This document shows, piece by piece, positions 1 to 9,848 of a stretch of DNA of 32,000 nucleotides. The notes beneath the pieces were generated by a model. It had not been told where the DNA came from. It made no database searches and saw only the letters and a list, made by a program, of their open reading frames with translations. Within the stretch, counting starts at the first letter, position 1. Each line of letters opens with the position of its first letter. The position numbers and the translations under genes were made by a program. This DNA comes from Candidatus Jordarchaeales archaeon (GTDB taxonomy: Archaea > Asgardarchaeota > Jordiarchaeia > Jordiarchaeales > Freyrarchaeaceae). Location of the stretch: the NCBI GenBank assembly GCA_038889235.1, contig JAWAHN010000003.1:413703-445702 (forward strand). Reading direction: 5' to 3'.

Positions 1-355
1 CTTCTATGTCGCCGCGCCACAGCAAGAAGTTGGCGACGTTCTCGTCGTTTAAGGGGAAGACTATGCATGTGCTTTTATTAGCGTTGGCAACTAGCTCCCA
101 GAAGAATTCATCCGCAAAATCGTAGTTTGGGTCCCCTATGCTGGTGTCCTGGTTTATAACAGCTATCTTAGCGTAGTCGGCAAGTGTGAGCACCCTAAAC
201 TGGTAAGCACCAAGGCTGAAGGTGATTATCACGGGAAGGAGGATTAAAACCACTAGAGCCATCCTGTCCTTAATTATCCCCTCGAGCTCCTTTCTCACCA
301 GGGCAGATATTCGAATCAGGCTTCCGGCAAGCCTAGATAGTGCACGTGACATCAT
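1..355 (-). CDS. ABC-2 type transporter permease, N-terminal part (runs off the window start)
   Basis: Manual translation from ATG at 353-355, which overlaps the stop of the upstream ATPase: MMSRALSRLAGSLIRISALVRKELEGIIKDRMALVVLILLPVIITFSLG...KIAVINQD. This has the typical ABC-2 permease start (KE..I.RD, hydrophobic helix, then IAVVNxD). Open to the window edge. Confidence 0.85.
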   Translation of the reverse strand, partial: MMSRALSRLAGSLIRISALVRKELEGIIKDRMALVVLILLPVIITFSLGAYQFRVLTLADYAKIAVINQDTSIGDPNYDFADEFFWELVANANKSTCIVFPLNDENVANFLLWRGDIE

Positions 356-2169
356 CCGGCCCCCGCCACGTATCTGAAGTAGTCTTCAAATGTAAGCTCA
401 ATCCTTGGCTCAACCTTGTAAACCTTGAACCCCTCCGACTCCAAGCGGCTTAAAATCCTGTTCAAAACCACCCTATTATCCTTTCCTTCAACAAGTATCT
501 TGTAGTATGGTCCAACTCTGAAAACGTGAGCGACACCTTCAACGCTCTTTATTACGTCTTCCGCCCTTGGATCGTCCTCCTCCAGCACGAGGCCTATAGC
601 GTAACCGTTTCCAGGCAGCTTAGAAACGAGCTCCTTCGGTGTCCCAAAGTCCATGAGCCCCTTCCCCCTTACGAAAACAGCAACTTTGTCGCAGTACTCC
701 GCTTCGGAGGGGTAATGTGTTATTACAACGAGCGTTGTACCATATGTCTCGTTGATCTTCTCCAGGTAACTCCAGAGCTCGTGTCTTCTAACAAGGTCCA
801 AGCCGCTTGTCGGCTCATCAAGGAAGAGGATTTTCGGGTAGTGGACGAGAGCTATTGCTATGCTAACCCTTCTTTTTTCCCCACCGCTTAGCTCCTCTAC
901 TTTCATGTTTCCCTTGTGGAATATGTCTAGCTCTTTCAGGATTCGTTTTCCCCTTTTCACCAGCTCGTCTTCTGGAATCCCGTACTGTCTCCCGAAGTAG
1001 ACTATGTTCTCCATCGGAGTGAAGTTCTCATACATCCTGCTTAGGTCTTGTGGAACGTAGCCTATTAGTGGGGCGACAAACTCCTTCCTAGACGGGGGAA
1101 AACCATATATGAGGATTTCCCCAGAGTCTGGTGTTATCTCGCCTATCAGCGCCTTCATACAGGTGCTTTTCCCACTCCCAGACTCACCAACTATCCCTAG
1201 GATTTCTCCTTCCCTCAAGGAGAAAGATACGTCCCTTAAAACAGTTTTCCCGCTATATGAAACTGTGAGACCCCGCACCTTTAAAGCATACTCATTGGAG
1301 GGGACCATTTCATGTCTCGGTGTTAGGACTACCTTGCTGGCGGCGACATCAACTATTCTCGAGCTCTCAGATACCCTTAAAAGCACGGTTATTGTTTGCT
1401 CCACAATCTCCCTTACTTTTCTCCGCACCCTGGCTGCAGCCGCGCTACTCGTGACAACGCTTAGCCCGCAGCGGCTTAGCAGCAGGCGGACGTTTTCCAG
1501 CATTCTCCTAAAGTAGAAGTTAACGAGGAGTATGAGAACTTTTCTCGCCAGAAACTCAAGCTGGTATCTCAGTGACGGACGTCCAACCGACACTAAGACA
1601 CCCTTTAGCTCGCGCCCCCCTATTACGCCTTTGTTCACGGACATTACGAAGAACTTTTTTAGAGGATTGTCCTCAACCACTAGAATTTCGCCTTCACCCG
1701 TGAAGTCGGTGTTGCTGTGAAGCCACACACCTTCCACAGTGCAGTGAACTTTCATCAGTGGGGTAACTTTCCGAAGCCACTTGACAGCGTGGCTGAGCTC
1801 GCTGCCGTCAAAGAACTTAAGCTGAGAGGTGGACTTCTTCAGCCTGTTCCTGAAAACGATGTTAGCCGCCTGAACGTCGCACTTAGAGCGCGGCCCACCG
1901 ACGGTGATGACGACGCCTTTCTCGATGCGCTTACTTCCACGCACACCGTGGTCTAACATCACTACAAAAAACTTCCTGAAGGGGCGCGAGTAAACTTTCA
2001 ATACGCGGCCCGTGCCCCTAAACGATTCACCGCTCTTCCGCCAGACGCCATTAAGTACGACGTCTATGATGTTTCCTTCCCTCTCCTGGCACCATTTAAC
2101 GGCACGGGCAATCATCCTCCCAGTGAAGAAGGCTTCCTCGGAGAAGCCCTTAGACGACATGTCAACCAC
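352..2169 (-). CDS. ABC transporter ATP-binding protein (ABC-2/DrrA-like) with an N-terminal extension of two tandem TrmB C-terminal-like subdomains
   Basis: Walker A GESGSGKS, signature LSGGEKRR, Walker B ILFLDEP and a DrrA-like C-terminal domain. The first ~215 aa are two ~95-aa repeats. The start may be ATG at 2160 rather than GTG at 2169. Confidence 0.9.
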   Translation of the reverse strand: MVDMSSKGFSEEAFFTGRMIARAVKWCQEREGNIIDVVLNGVWRKSGESFRGTGRVLKVYSRPFRKFFVVMLDHGVRGSKRIEKGVVITVGGPRSKCDVQAANIVFRNRLKKSTSQLKFFDGSELSHAVKWLRKVTPLMKVHCTVEGVWLHSNTDFTGEGEILVVEDNPLKKFFVMSVNKGVIGGRELKGVLVSVGRPSLRYQLEFLARKVLILLVNFYFRRMLENVRLLLSRCGLSVVTSSAAAARVRRKVREIVEQTITVLLRVSESSRIVDVAASKVVLTPRHEMVPSNEYALKVRGLTVSYSGKTVLRDVSFSLREGEILGIVGESGSGKSTCMKALIGEITPDSGEILIYGFPPSRKEFVAPLIGYVPQDLSRMYENFTPMENIVYFGRQYGIPEDELVKRGKRILKELDIFHKGNMKVEELSGGEKRRVSIAIALVHYPKILFLDEPTSGLDLVRRHELWSYLEKINETYGTTLVVITHYPSEAEYCDKVAVFVRGKGLMDFGTPKELVSKLPGNGYAIGLVLEEDDPRAEDVIKSVEGVAHVFRVGPYYKILVEGKDNRVVLNRILSRLESEGFKVYKVEPRIELTFEDYFRYVAGAG

Positions 2170-2249
2170 ACGCCTTCAAGAACTAAACCACGACAAGCAA
2201 TTAACAGAAGAGAAGAGGAGGAAGAAAAATGTTCGGTGCAAGTTGCCCA

Positions 2250-3134
2250 TTACTGTTGCATTTTCAGCTGGGTGAATTTCCGAGCAACATAGAGAAGTAA
2301 AGCCAAAGTGATTACCGTTATCACTGCCTCGACTGTCAGGATATCTAGTACGTTTAATTGGTATAATACTGCGAACAAGTCGACCAGTATGTGCAAGCCA
2401 ACCGCTGCGAGGTAGAATTTCGCTGTTTGGTTTTTGGCGAGACCCCAGCCGACGATGCCAGTCAGTGAGCCGTGAAGCAGTACAACAACAGCCCTCTCGT
2501 AAACAGCTAAAGCAGGGAGCGAGAAGATTTGAGGAGTAAAGCAGAGCCCCACCAGGCTATAAGTGATTAAAAGTATCTTGAGGTCGACGAGCTGCAATAG
2601 GAGCTCTGGGGCTGTAAACTGCGCTATGAGCATTAACATCAACTCCTCCTGAGTCTCGGCGAAGAACAATGCTATGAACGAGGCTTCTTGTACAGCTTTC
2701 TGGATGAACGGCCTTGCATACCACAGAAGTGGGACAGTATATGTTAGAGTGGAAATCGAGAGAGAGGTGCCTGCGAGCACGAGTAAGGCTTCTCCCGACC
2801 CAAAACCTAACCCAGCCGATAGACCATAGAAGGCTCCGTTACTTGGTGTTATAGAAGCTCTCACCAGTGGGATTAGTAGCACTAGAAGTTTGGCTGCTTC
2901 TTCTATGAAGCCCGTTGCTAACAGGTCTACGCCGTAGAGTGCCAATCCTCCGAGGAAGAGGACGTACAGCTTGCGTAGGTAGGCGACATAGAACATCACC
3001 GCTGCTACTATGAATGCCACTAATACTGGTTTAAGAGACTCACCGGAGAACCTCCACCTTCGGAGTAGGAGCACCACCACTAGCGGATATAGGATACTGA
3101 AGAGCACAGCGAACGCCATGCTTAAACCATCCAT
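2250..3134 (-). CDS. PrsW-family intramembrane metalloprotease
   Basis: Multi-pass hydrophobic protein with PrsW motifs IEEAAK, GLGFGSGE, ERAVVVLLHG and LHILVD. Start placed at ATG 3132-3134, which follows a GAGGGGTGA RBS (the ORF track extends to 3323). Confidence 0.8.
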   Translation of the reverse strand: MDGLSMAFAVLFSILYPLVVVLLLRRWRFSGESLKPVLVAFIVAAVMFYVAYLRKLYVLFLGGLALYGVDLLATGFIEEAAKLLVLLIPLVRASITPSNGAFYGLSAGLGFGSGEALLVLAGTSLSISTLTYTVPLLWYARPFIQKAVQEASFIALFFAETQEELMLMLIAQFTAPELLLQLVDLKILLITYSLVGLCFTPQIFSLPALAVYERAVVVLLHGSLTGIVGWGLAKNQTAKFYLAAVGLHILVDLFAVLYQLNVLDILTVEAVITVITLALLLYVARKFTQLKMQQ

Positions 3135-3285
3135 GCACACTTCACCCCTCCCACATGTAGGGACAATAAATATTATTAATAATTTTGGTTTGAGACTGTG
3201 CGGCCGTATAGTGAACTGATTACCAAAAAGTATATGATTGAGGGATTCCATGTTTGGAAGATGTCCGCTTGAAGGGGGAGAAGTT

Positions 3286-4386
3286 ATGGCGAAGATCACC
3301 GTGTCCATAATAAAGGCGGACATAGGTTCGCTTGCAGGACACCATGTGGTTTACGATGAGTGCATCGAAGTGGCGAAGGATTGCTTGCAGAAAGGTGTAG
3401 ACGAAGGTATAATTCTAGATTACTATGTGACTAACTGCGGCGACGACTTGGAGTTAATAATGAGCCACAGGAGGGGTGAGTCAAACCCTGAAGTGCACAG
3501 GCTGGCTTGGGACACCTTCCTGAAGGCAGCTGAGGTTGCGCGTAAGTTTAAGCTGTACGCCGCCGGGCAGGATTTGCTAAAGGACACATTTTCAGGGAAC
3601 GTTAAGGGTATGGGTCCCGGTGTGGCGGAGCTCGAATTTGAGGAGAGGAGGTCGGATCCAGTAATATGCTTCATGGCGGACAAGACAGAGCCGGGAGCCT
3701 TTAACCTCCCGATGTACAAGATCTTCGCCGACCCGTTTAACACGGCTGGACTAGTGATAGACCCATCCATGCATGATGGCTTCGTTTTCGAGGTCTACGA
3801 CGTCATAGACCACCAGTACGTGAGGCTTTCGTGCCCCGAGGAACTCTATGACCTGCTCGCGATAATAGGGACGCCTGGAAGGTATGTTGTGAGGAAGGTT
3901 TACAAAAAGGATGGAACACCTGCAGCGGCCGTATCGACGACGAGGCTTAGTCTCATAGCCGGCAAATACGTAGGTAAGGATGACCCGTGCGCAATAGTAA
4001 GAGCACAACACGGGCTACCTGCAGTAGGAGAAGTTCTTGAGCCGTTTGCCCTCCCGTACCTCGTCGCCGGCTGGATGAGAGGAAGCCACCATGGGCCACT
4101 AATGCCCGTCTCGCAAAAGGATGCCAAGTGCACACGGTTCGACGGCCCACCGAGGATAGTTGCGCTAGGGTTCCAGGTTAGCGACGGTAAGCTTATAGGG
4201 CCAGCCGACCTCTTCGACGACCCAGCCTTCGACGAGGCGAGGAGAATGGCAAACCAGATAGCAGACTACATGAGAAGACATGGACCGTTCATGCCACACA
4301 GGCTTGGACCAGAAGAGATAGAATATACTACTCTGCCACAAGTTATCGAGAAGCTGAAAGACAAATTTGTAAAAGAAGAAGATTAG
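3286..4386 (+). CDS. fbp: Bifunctional fructose-1,6-bisphosphate aldolase/phosphatase (class V FBPase)
   Basis: N-terminus KITVSIIKADIGSLAGH, motifs CGDDLELIM, GNVKGMGPG, DKTEPGAFN, GKYVGKDDP (Schiff-base Lys) and GWMRGSH. ATG at 3286 follows a GGGGGAG RBS. Confidence 0.97.
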   Translation: MAKITVSIIKADIGSLAGHHVVYDECIEVAKDCLQKGVDEGIILDYYVTNCGDDLELIMSHRRGESNPEVHRLAWDTFLKAAEVARKFKLYAAGQDLLKDTFSGNVKGMGPGVAELEFEERRSDPVICFMADKTEPGAFNLPMYKIFADPFNTAGLVIDPSMHDGFVFEVYDVIDHQYVRLSCPEELYDLLAIIGTPGRYVVRKVYKKDGTPAAAVSTTRLSLIAGKYVGKDDPCAIVRAQHGLPAVGEVLEPFALPYLVAGWMRGSHHGPLMPVSQKDAKCTRFDGPPRIVALGFQVSDGKLIGPADLFDDPAFDEARRMANQIADYMRRHGPFMPHRLGPEEIEYTTLPQVIEKLKDKFVKEED

Positions 4387-4667
4387 CCCTTTTTCACCTG
4401 GACTCAGCATCCAAGAAGCAGAGAAATAAACACGCTACATACATTCCCTTTTTCTAGTTTTTATTAAAGGATCCAGTTAGTTTTATAAGTGCACGGATTC
4501 ATTAAGACCCGCTCAGGAAGCGACACGTTGACAAGAGCGTACACGTCCACGACCACGCTCCGGTAAGCTCAATTCCAAAACAATAATGTAATAAAGATAA
4601 AAGCAAGAAGAGTGCTAAGGCCGTTATAACAGCTATATGGAGAATTAATTACTGCTTTACTAACTAT

Positions 4668-4697
4668 CTGACCTCCTTCCCGCCCTAAAGGGCGAAG
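4668..4697 (-). mobile_element. IS200/IS605-family right end (subterminal hairpin ending in TCAG)
   Basis: Minus strand reads GAAAGCTTCGCCCTTTAGGGCGGGAAGGAGGTCAG. The CGCCCT/AGGGCG hairpin (4681-4694) and terminal TCAG match archaeal IS200/IS605 tnpB element ends as I recall them. Confidence 0.7.
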
Positions 4698-4977
4698 CTT
4701 TCGGATGTGTAAAAAATGGGCGCTTTATTGAGATTAAAGGAGACCTAAATTTCGTCTAATTTTCACAAACCTTCTCTTTAGGCAGACTTTGCAAGATTTT
4801 CAACTCTATTTTTCTACGCAAAGCTACGTGTGGCTTCCAATCTTCCTCCTGTCATGAGCAAATGTTCGTAGGCCTATGCGATTGAAGCAACCTATCTTAT
4901 GACGGTTTCGCATTCCATAGTGAGGCTTGGAGATGGGTCTGAGTTAAGTGGGTATGTTTAGTGGGTTGTTTTCGTTC

Positions 4978-5200
4978 CTATAACCTTTCCCTCTCGATTA
5001 ACCCTTTGAGGGCTCCTTTGGGGGGGCCAACTCCCCGCGTCTGAAGGCTCAAAACAGCTGCAACCGTCCTACCATTGCTAGTCCGCACTCTCCGTGCTTC
5101 ATCATCCTGACCGGGATATGAAGCCCCAGAGCAGACTGGGTTTTAGATGACTTAGCCGGGCTACTAGACGCCCACCAAGAACAAAGCAGTCAACCCACAC
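4978..5200 (-). pseudogene. tnpB: Degenerate tnpB C-terminal fragment (frameshifted)
   Basis: Minus-strand pieces in shifting frames: PAKSSKT...RMMKHGECGL (decayed Zn ribbon), then GRTVAAVLSLQTRGVGPPKGALKGLIERERL* (decayed RuvC-III DRDxxAxxNL and tail). Stop at 4978-4980. The 5' boundary is approximate. Confidence 0.6.
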
Positions 5201-5327
5201 TTAAACCCATATGCCCCAAAACCACTAACTACGGCGTTGTGAAGCGGTTCGTGCGACTAGATTTCCCTTTTTCGTTGTCGTGTCTCAAACTATTCACTTG
5301 TTTCTGTGTTGTGTTAGTATCACAAAT

Positions 5328-5335
5328 TTTAAATA
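5328..5335 (+). promoter_or_regulatory. TATA box of carA
   Basis: TTTAAATA about 35 nt upstream of the TTG start at 5370. Confidence 0.5.
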
Positions 5336-5369
5336 ACCATGTTGTAAAAGTCGTTGAGGGTTTTACGGG

Positions 5370-6512
5370 TTGAAACCGACGGCTCGGCAGGTCAAGAACG
5401 CCGCCTTAGTCTTGGAAGACGGCACTTTCTTTCTCGGTTATGGTTTCGGTGCTGTTGGCCGTGTTTCCGGCGAGGTTGTGTTTAACACTGGTATGGTTGG
5501 ATATGTGGAGAGTTTAACTGACCCGTCTTATCACGGGCAGATACTCACCCTGACTTACCCCCTTGTCGGCAACTACGGTGTTCCCTCGTTCAAAGTTGTT
5601 GACAAATGGGGGCTACCGGTCTACTTCGAGTCTGATGGTATTAAGGTTCAGGGGTTGGTGGTTCATGAGTGCTGCAAGACGCCAAGCCACTGGAACTCAG
5701 CTGAGAGTCTCGATGAGTGGCTTAGAAGAGAAGGAGTTCCGGGGATAGAAGGCATAGACACGAGGATGCTCACTAAGAAGTTGAGGATTAAGGGGGTCAT
5801 GTTGGGGATACTGGAAGTGTGTGAAAAGGGTGTCGAGCCGGACGTAGACGAGCTTCTCAGAGAGGTCAAGAAGGTGAGAGACCCAAACGAAAGGAAGCTT
5901 GCGTCCGAGGTTTCGTGCAGAGAGCCGGTTGTCTATGGAAATGGTGGGAGGAAACGCGTTGTCTTGATAGACTGCGGGGTTAAACTGAGCATCCTACGCC
6001 AACTACTCAAGAAGGGGCTAGAGGTGGTTAGGGTACCTTACGGGGTTACAGTTGACGAGGTACTGGATTACAGGCCTGACGGGGTTGTCGTAAGCAACGG
6101 CCCCGGGGATCCGAGGCGGGCTAACGAGGTCATTGAAACTGTTAGAGGTCTTCTAGCCGAGGAGGTGCCGGTTTTCGGTATATGTTTAGGCAACCAGATA
6201 CTGGCGTTGGCCTGCGGGGGGGACACCTATAAGCTTAAGTATGGTCACAGGTCGCAGAATCAGCCATGCGTGGACGTTAGCACAGGTAGGTGTTATATCA
6301 CCAGCCAGAACCACGGCTATGCTGTGAGCGAGGAATCGCTGGCTGGAACGGGGCTCGAAGTATCCTTCATCAACGCTAACGATAGGACTGTTGAGGGTGT
6401 TAGACACGGGAAGCTGCCAGCTTTTTCCGTTCAGTTCCACCCCGAGCACTCGCCGGGGCCTGTGGACACCGAGTGGCTTTTCGACGCCTTTGCAAAAATG
6501 ATGGGAGGTTAA
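5370..6512 (+). CDS. carA: Carbamoyl-phosphate synthase small (glutaminase) subunit
   Basis: GEVVFNTGMVGY, TDPSYHGQIL, SNGPGDP, catalytic FGICLGNQ and QFHPE. Confidence 0.97.
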   Translation: MKPTARQVKNAALVLEDGTFFLGYGFGAVGRVSGEVVFNTGMVGYVESLTDPSYHGQILTLTYPLVGNYGVPSFKVVDKWGLPVYFESDGIKVQGLVVHECCKTPSHWNSAESLDEWLRREGVPGIEGIDTRMLTKKLRIKGVMLGILEVCEKGVEPDVDELLREVKKVRDPNERKLASEVSCREPVVYGNGGRKRVVLIDCGVKLSILRQLLKKGLEVVRVPYGVTVDEVLDYRPDGVVVSNGPGDPRRANEVIETVRGLLAEEVPVFGICLGNQILALACGGDTYKLKYGHRSQNQPCVDVSTGRCYITSQNHGYAVSEESLAGTGLEVSFINANDRTVEGVRHGKLPAFSVQFHPEHSPGPVDTEWLFDAFAKMMGG

Positions 6513-9500
6513 GTGATGCCGCGCTTCGAGTGGATTAAAAAAGTCCTGATCCTCGGAAGTGGGGCCATAAGAATTGGGCAGGCGGGCGAGTTCGACTATT
6601 CCGGTAGCCAGGCGCTGAAGGCATTAAAGGAGGAAGGGATACAGACCGTACTAATCAACCCGAATGTGGCAACCATCCAGACGGATCTTAGAATGGCTGA
6701 TAAGGTCTACCTATTACCCGTGACAGTTGACTTCGTTAGGGAGGTTATTGAGCGAGAGAGGCCCGACGGAATACTACTAGGCTTCGGCGGGCAGACCGCC
6801 CTGAACTGCGGAGTCGAGCTAGCTGATAAGGGGATCTTGGAGAAGTATGGCGTTGAGGTTCTCGGAACCCCTATAGAATCGATAAAAGCTACCGAGGACA
6901 GGGAGCTGTTCAGGAGGGCGATGATAGAAGCCAAAGTACCCGTACTCGAGAGCGCGCCTGCAACGTCTGTTGAGGAGGCTCTTGAAGTAGCTGAGAGAAT
7001 AGGGTACCCTGTAATAGTGAGGGTTGCATACACCCTTGGTGGGAAAGGTTCAGGCGTAGCACGCAACCCCAATGAGCTAACTGAGATAGCCAGCAGAGGA
7101 CTTGCACAGAGCATGATTAGGCAGATTCTAATCGAGAAATATGTTGGAAAGTGGAAGGAGATCGAGTACGAGGTGGTCAGGGACTACGAAGACAACTGTA
7201 TTACAGTGTGTAACATGGAGAACATCGACCCAATGGGTGTCCACACAGGGGACTCGATAGTCGTCGCTCCAAGCCAGACCCTCACGAACAGAGAGTACCA
7301 CCTTTTAAGGGAGGCGGCAATAAAGGCGGTGAGATATCTGCGCATAGTCGGGGAGTGCAACATACAATTCGCCCTCCACCCCAAGAGCGAGGAGTTCTAC
7401 GCGATAGAGATAAACGCCAGGCTGTCGCGCTCATCAGCCCTAGCTTCAAAGGCAACCGGATATCCCTTGGCGTACATAGCCGCCAAGCTAGCGATAGGTT
7501 ACACGCTGCCCGAACTAATGAACAAGGTTACCATGATAACCACCGCATGCTTTGAGCCAGCCTTAGACTATGTAATTGTGAAGTTCCCCCGCTGGGATCT
7601 GCAGAAGTTCATCAATGTTAGCCGCAGCATAGGCCCGCAGATGAAGAGCGTCGGGGAGGTCATGGCTATAGGGCGCTGCTTCGAGGAAGCTATACAGAAA
7701 GCTGTCAGGATGCTCGATATAGGGAAGGTCGGCGTCGTAGGAAACGTCGACGAGGAAAAGCCGGAGCCTATAGAACACATAGAGTACATACTTGCTAACC
7801 CAACAGATGAACGCTTCTTCAAGATAGTCAAGGCGTTAAAGTACGGTTTGAGCGTGGAGAGAATTTACGAGCTTAGCGGAATAGACCCATGGTTCATCCA
7901 CAAGATAAAGAACATAGTGGACATGGAAAAGGAGCTTAAGGAAGCGGGGAGGAGGGGTATCGACAGGCTCAGTGAAGAGGAGCTGAGGGATTTAGTCTCG
8001 AGGGCGAAGAGGCTCGGCTTCTCAGACAAGCAGATTGCAAGCTACTTCGGTATGGATGAGCTTGAGGTTAGGAGACTGAGGAAGAGACTGGGAGTAATAC
8101 CGGTAGTTAAGCAAATTGACACGCTGGCGGCGGAGTGGCCTGCAAAGACAAACTATCTCTACTTAACTTACGGTGGTAGCGAAGACGACGTATCGTTCGA
8201 AGGCGAGGACAAGGTTATTGTTCTTGGCGCTGGGACGTACAGGATAGGAAGCTCTGTAGAGTTTGACTGGTGTTGCGTCAACACGGTTTTCGCCCTAAAG
8301 AAGAACGGCGTGAAAGAAGTTATAATCGTGAACTACAACCCTGAAACTGTATCAACAGACTACGACATAAGCGACAAACTATACTTTGAGGAGCTGACTT
8401 TTGAGAGGGTCCTCGACATATACGAGAAAGAGAACCCAAGAGGAGTAATAGTGTCAGTTGGAGGGCAGATCCCGAACAACATAGCCCACAAGCTCGCCAG
8501 GGCGGGGGTCAGAATATTCGGGACGGCGGGCGAGGACGTTGATAGGGCGGAAGACAGGGCTAAGTTTAGCGCTCTCTTAGAGAGCCTCGGCATACCGCAA
8601 CCGCCGTGGAGCAAGCTAACATCACTTGAGGAAGCAAAGGAGTTCGCGAGAAAAGTTGGGTACCCCGTCCTCGTGCGTCCCAGCTACGTCCTGTCTGGCG
8701 CCGCTATGAGAGTAGCCTATACTGAGGAGCAACTCGAGGACTTCCTCGTTTTAGCCTCATCTGTCTCGCGCGAGCACCCTGTAGTGATATCGAAGTTCAT
8801 AGAAGGAGCGAGAGAGGTTGAAGTTGACGGGGTAAGCGATGGAGAGGATACACTCATAGGAGCCATAATAGAGCACGTGGAGGACGCGGGCGTGCACTCC
8901 GGGGACGCCACAATGATCATACCGCCCTTCAGCCTCACAGAGGAAGTAATCAAGATGATAGAGGAATACACATGCAAGATAGCTTCCGCTCTTAGGATAA
9001 AGGGCCCGTTCAACATACAATACCTTGTCAAGGACGGGAAAGTGTACGTCATAGAGTGCAACCTGAGGGCGTCCCGCTCCATGCCCTATGTCAGCAAGAC
9101 GATAGGAGTCAACCTCATGGAAGTGGCCGTCCCAGTCATGCTTGGAAAGAAGCTGAGGGAGCTGAACGTTAAAGTCCCCCGCCGTCTTCCACACTACGGC
9201 GTAAAGGTACCGCAGTTCTCGTTCATGAGGCTTGACGGAGCGGACCCAGTGCTCGGCGTCGAAATGATGTCAACGGGTGAAGTGGCCTGCTTGGGCGACA
9301 CACTAGAAGAAGCGTTCCTTAAAGCCCTCTTAGCAGCAGAGTTCGAGGTCCCATTGAACAGTGGCAGAATACTGGTGACGGTTGGTGGTAAAGCGCTTAA
9401 ACAGGAGATGATCCCCATAGCTAGGAAGCTTGCCGAGATGGGGTACGAGATATATGCCACCGAGCACACTGCTGAGGCGCTCATTAATGCGGGGATAAAG

Positions 9501-9836
9501 GACGTGAAAGTGGTCTACAAGATAAGTGAGCCGCAGAGGAAGCCCAACATAAGGGACTTGATCCTCGAAAGGAAGATAGACTTGGTCATCAACATCCCGA
9601 GAACTGGGACGCTTGAAAAGTACGCTGACATGATGAAGGACGAGTATATGATAAGGAGGAAGGCGACTGAGTACAATATACCGGTCATCACGAACATAAA
9701 GATGGCTAAGAGTCTCGTCGCGGCACTTGAAAACTTGAGGAAGAGCGGAAGGAAGCTCTCGGCAAAATCCCTTAACGAGTACCTTGAAGCCCTGAAGCTT
9801 ACCGAGAAAAAGCTCGCTGTCTGTGATGGTGGATAG
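6513..9836 (+). CDS. carB: Carbamoyl-phosphate synthase large subunit
   Basis: LGSGAIRIGQAGEFDYSG, duplicated ATP-grasp halves (GVHTGDS / GVHSGDA), IEINARLSRSS, and a C-terminal MGS-like domain. Start is GTG 6513 or ATG 6516. Confidence 0.98.
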   Translation: MMPRFEWIKKVLILGSGAIRIGQAGEFDYSGSQALKALKEEGIQTVLINPNVATIQTDLRMADKVYLLPVTVDFVREVIERERPDGILLGFGGQTALNCGVELADKGILEKYGVEVLGTPIESIKATEDRELFRRAMIEAKVPVLESAPATSVEEALEVAERIGYPVIVRVAYTLGGKGSGVARNPNELTEIASRGLAQSMIRQILIEKYVGKWKEIEYEVVRDYEDNCITVCNMENIDPMGVHTGDSIVVAPSQTLTNREYHLLREAAIKAVRYLRIVGECNIQFALHPKSEEFYAIEINARLSRSSALASKATGYPLAYIAAKLAIGYTLPELMNKVTMITTACFEPALDYVIVKFPRWDLQKFINVSRSIGPQMKSVGEVMAIGRCFEEAIQKAVRMLDIGKVGVVGNVDEEKPEPIEHIEYILANPTDERFFKIVKALKYGLSVERIYELSGIDPWFIHKIKNIVDMEKELKEAGRRGIDRLSEEELRDLVSRAKRLGFSDKQIASYFGMDELEVRRLRKRLGVIPVVKQIDTLAAEWPAKTNYLYLTYGGSEDDVSFEGEDKVIVLGAGTYRIGSSVEFDWCCVNTVFALKKNGVKEVIIVNYNPETVSTDYDISDKLYFEELTFERVLDIYEKENPRGVIVSVGGQIPNNIAHKLARAGVRIFGTAGEDVDRAEDRAKFSALLESLGIPQPPWSKLTSLEEAKEFARKVGYPVLVRPSYVLSGAAMRVAYTEEQLEDFLVLASSVSREHPVVISKFIEGAREVEVDGVSDGEDTLIGAIIEHVEDAGVHSGDATMIIPPFSLTEEVIKMIEEYTCKIASALRIKGPFNIQYLVKDGKVYVIECNLRASRSMPYVSKTIGVNLMEVAVPVMLGKKLRELNVKVPRRLPHYGVKVPQFSFMRLDGADPVLGVEMMSTGEVACLGDTLEEAFLKALLAAEFEVPLNSGRILVTVGGKALKQEMIPIARKLAEMGYEIYATEHTAEALINAGIKDVKVVYKISEPQRKPNIRDLILERKIDLVINIPRTGTLEKYADMMKDEYMIRRKATEYNIPVITNIKMAKSLVAALENLRKSGRKLSAKSLNEYLEALKLTEKKLAVCDGG

Positions 9837-9848
9837 AGGTGATACCTT

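Noticed and set aside
3172-3183. 12-bp palindrome ATTATTAATAAT in the prsW/fbp divergent promoter; also looked for a TrmBL1 TGM box
   Set aside because: Pure A/T palindrome in an AT-rich promoter, so likely chance. No TATCAC-N5-GTGATA motif was found.
4500-4650. Short hydrophobic minus-strand frame next to the IS end (possible disrupted membrane gene or ncRNA)
   Set aside because: No start codon or RBS, no recognisable family and no clear structure.
4659-5231. ACTAACTA direct repeat at 4659-4666 and 5224-5231 as a target-site duplication
   Set aside because: IS200/IS605 elements do not make TSDs, and the left boundary of the remnant is undefined.
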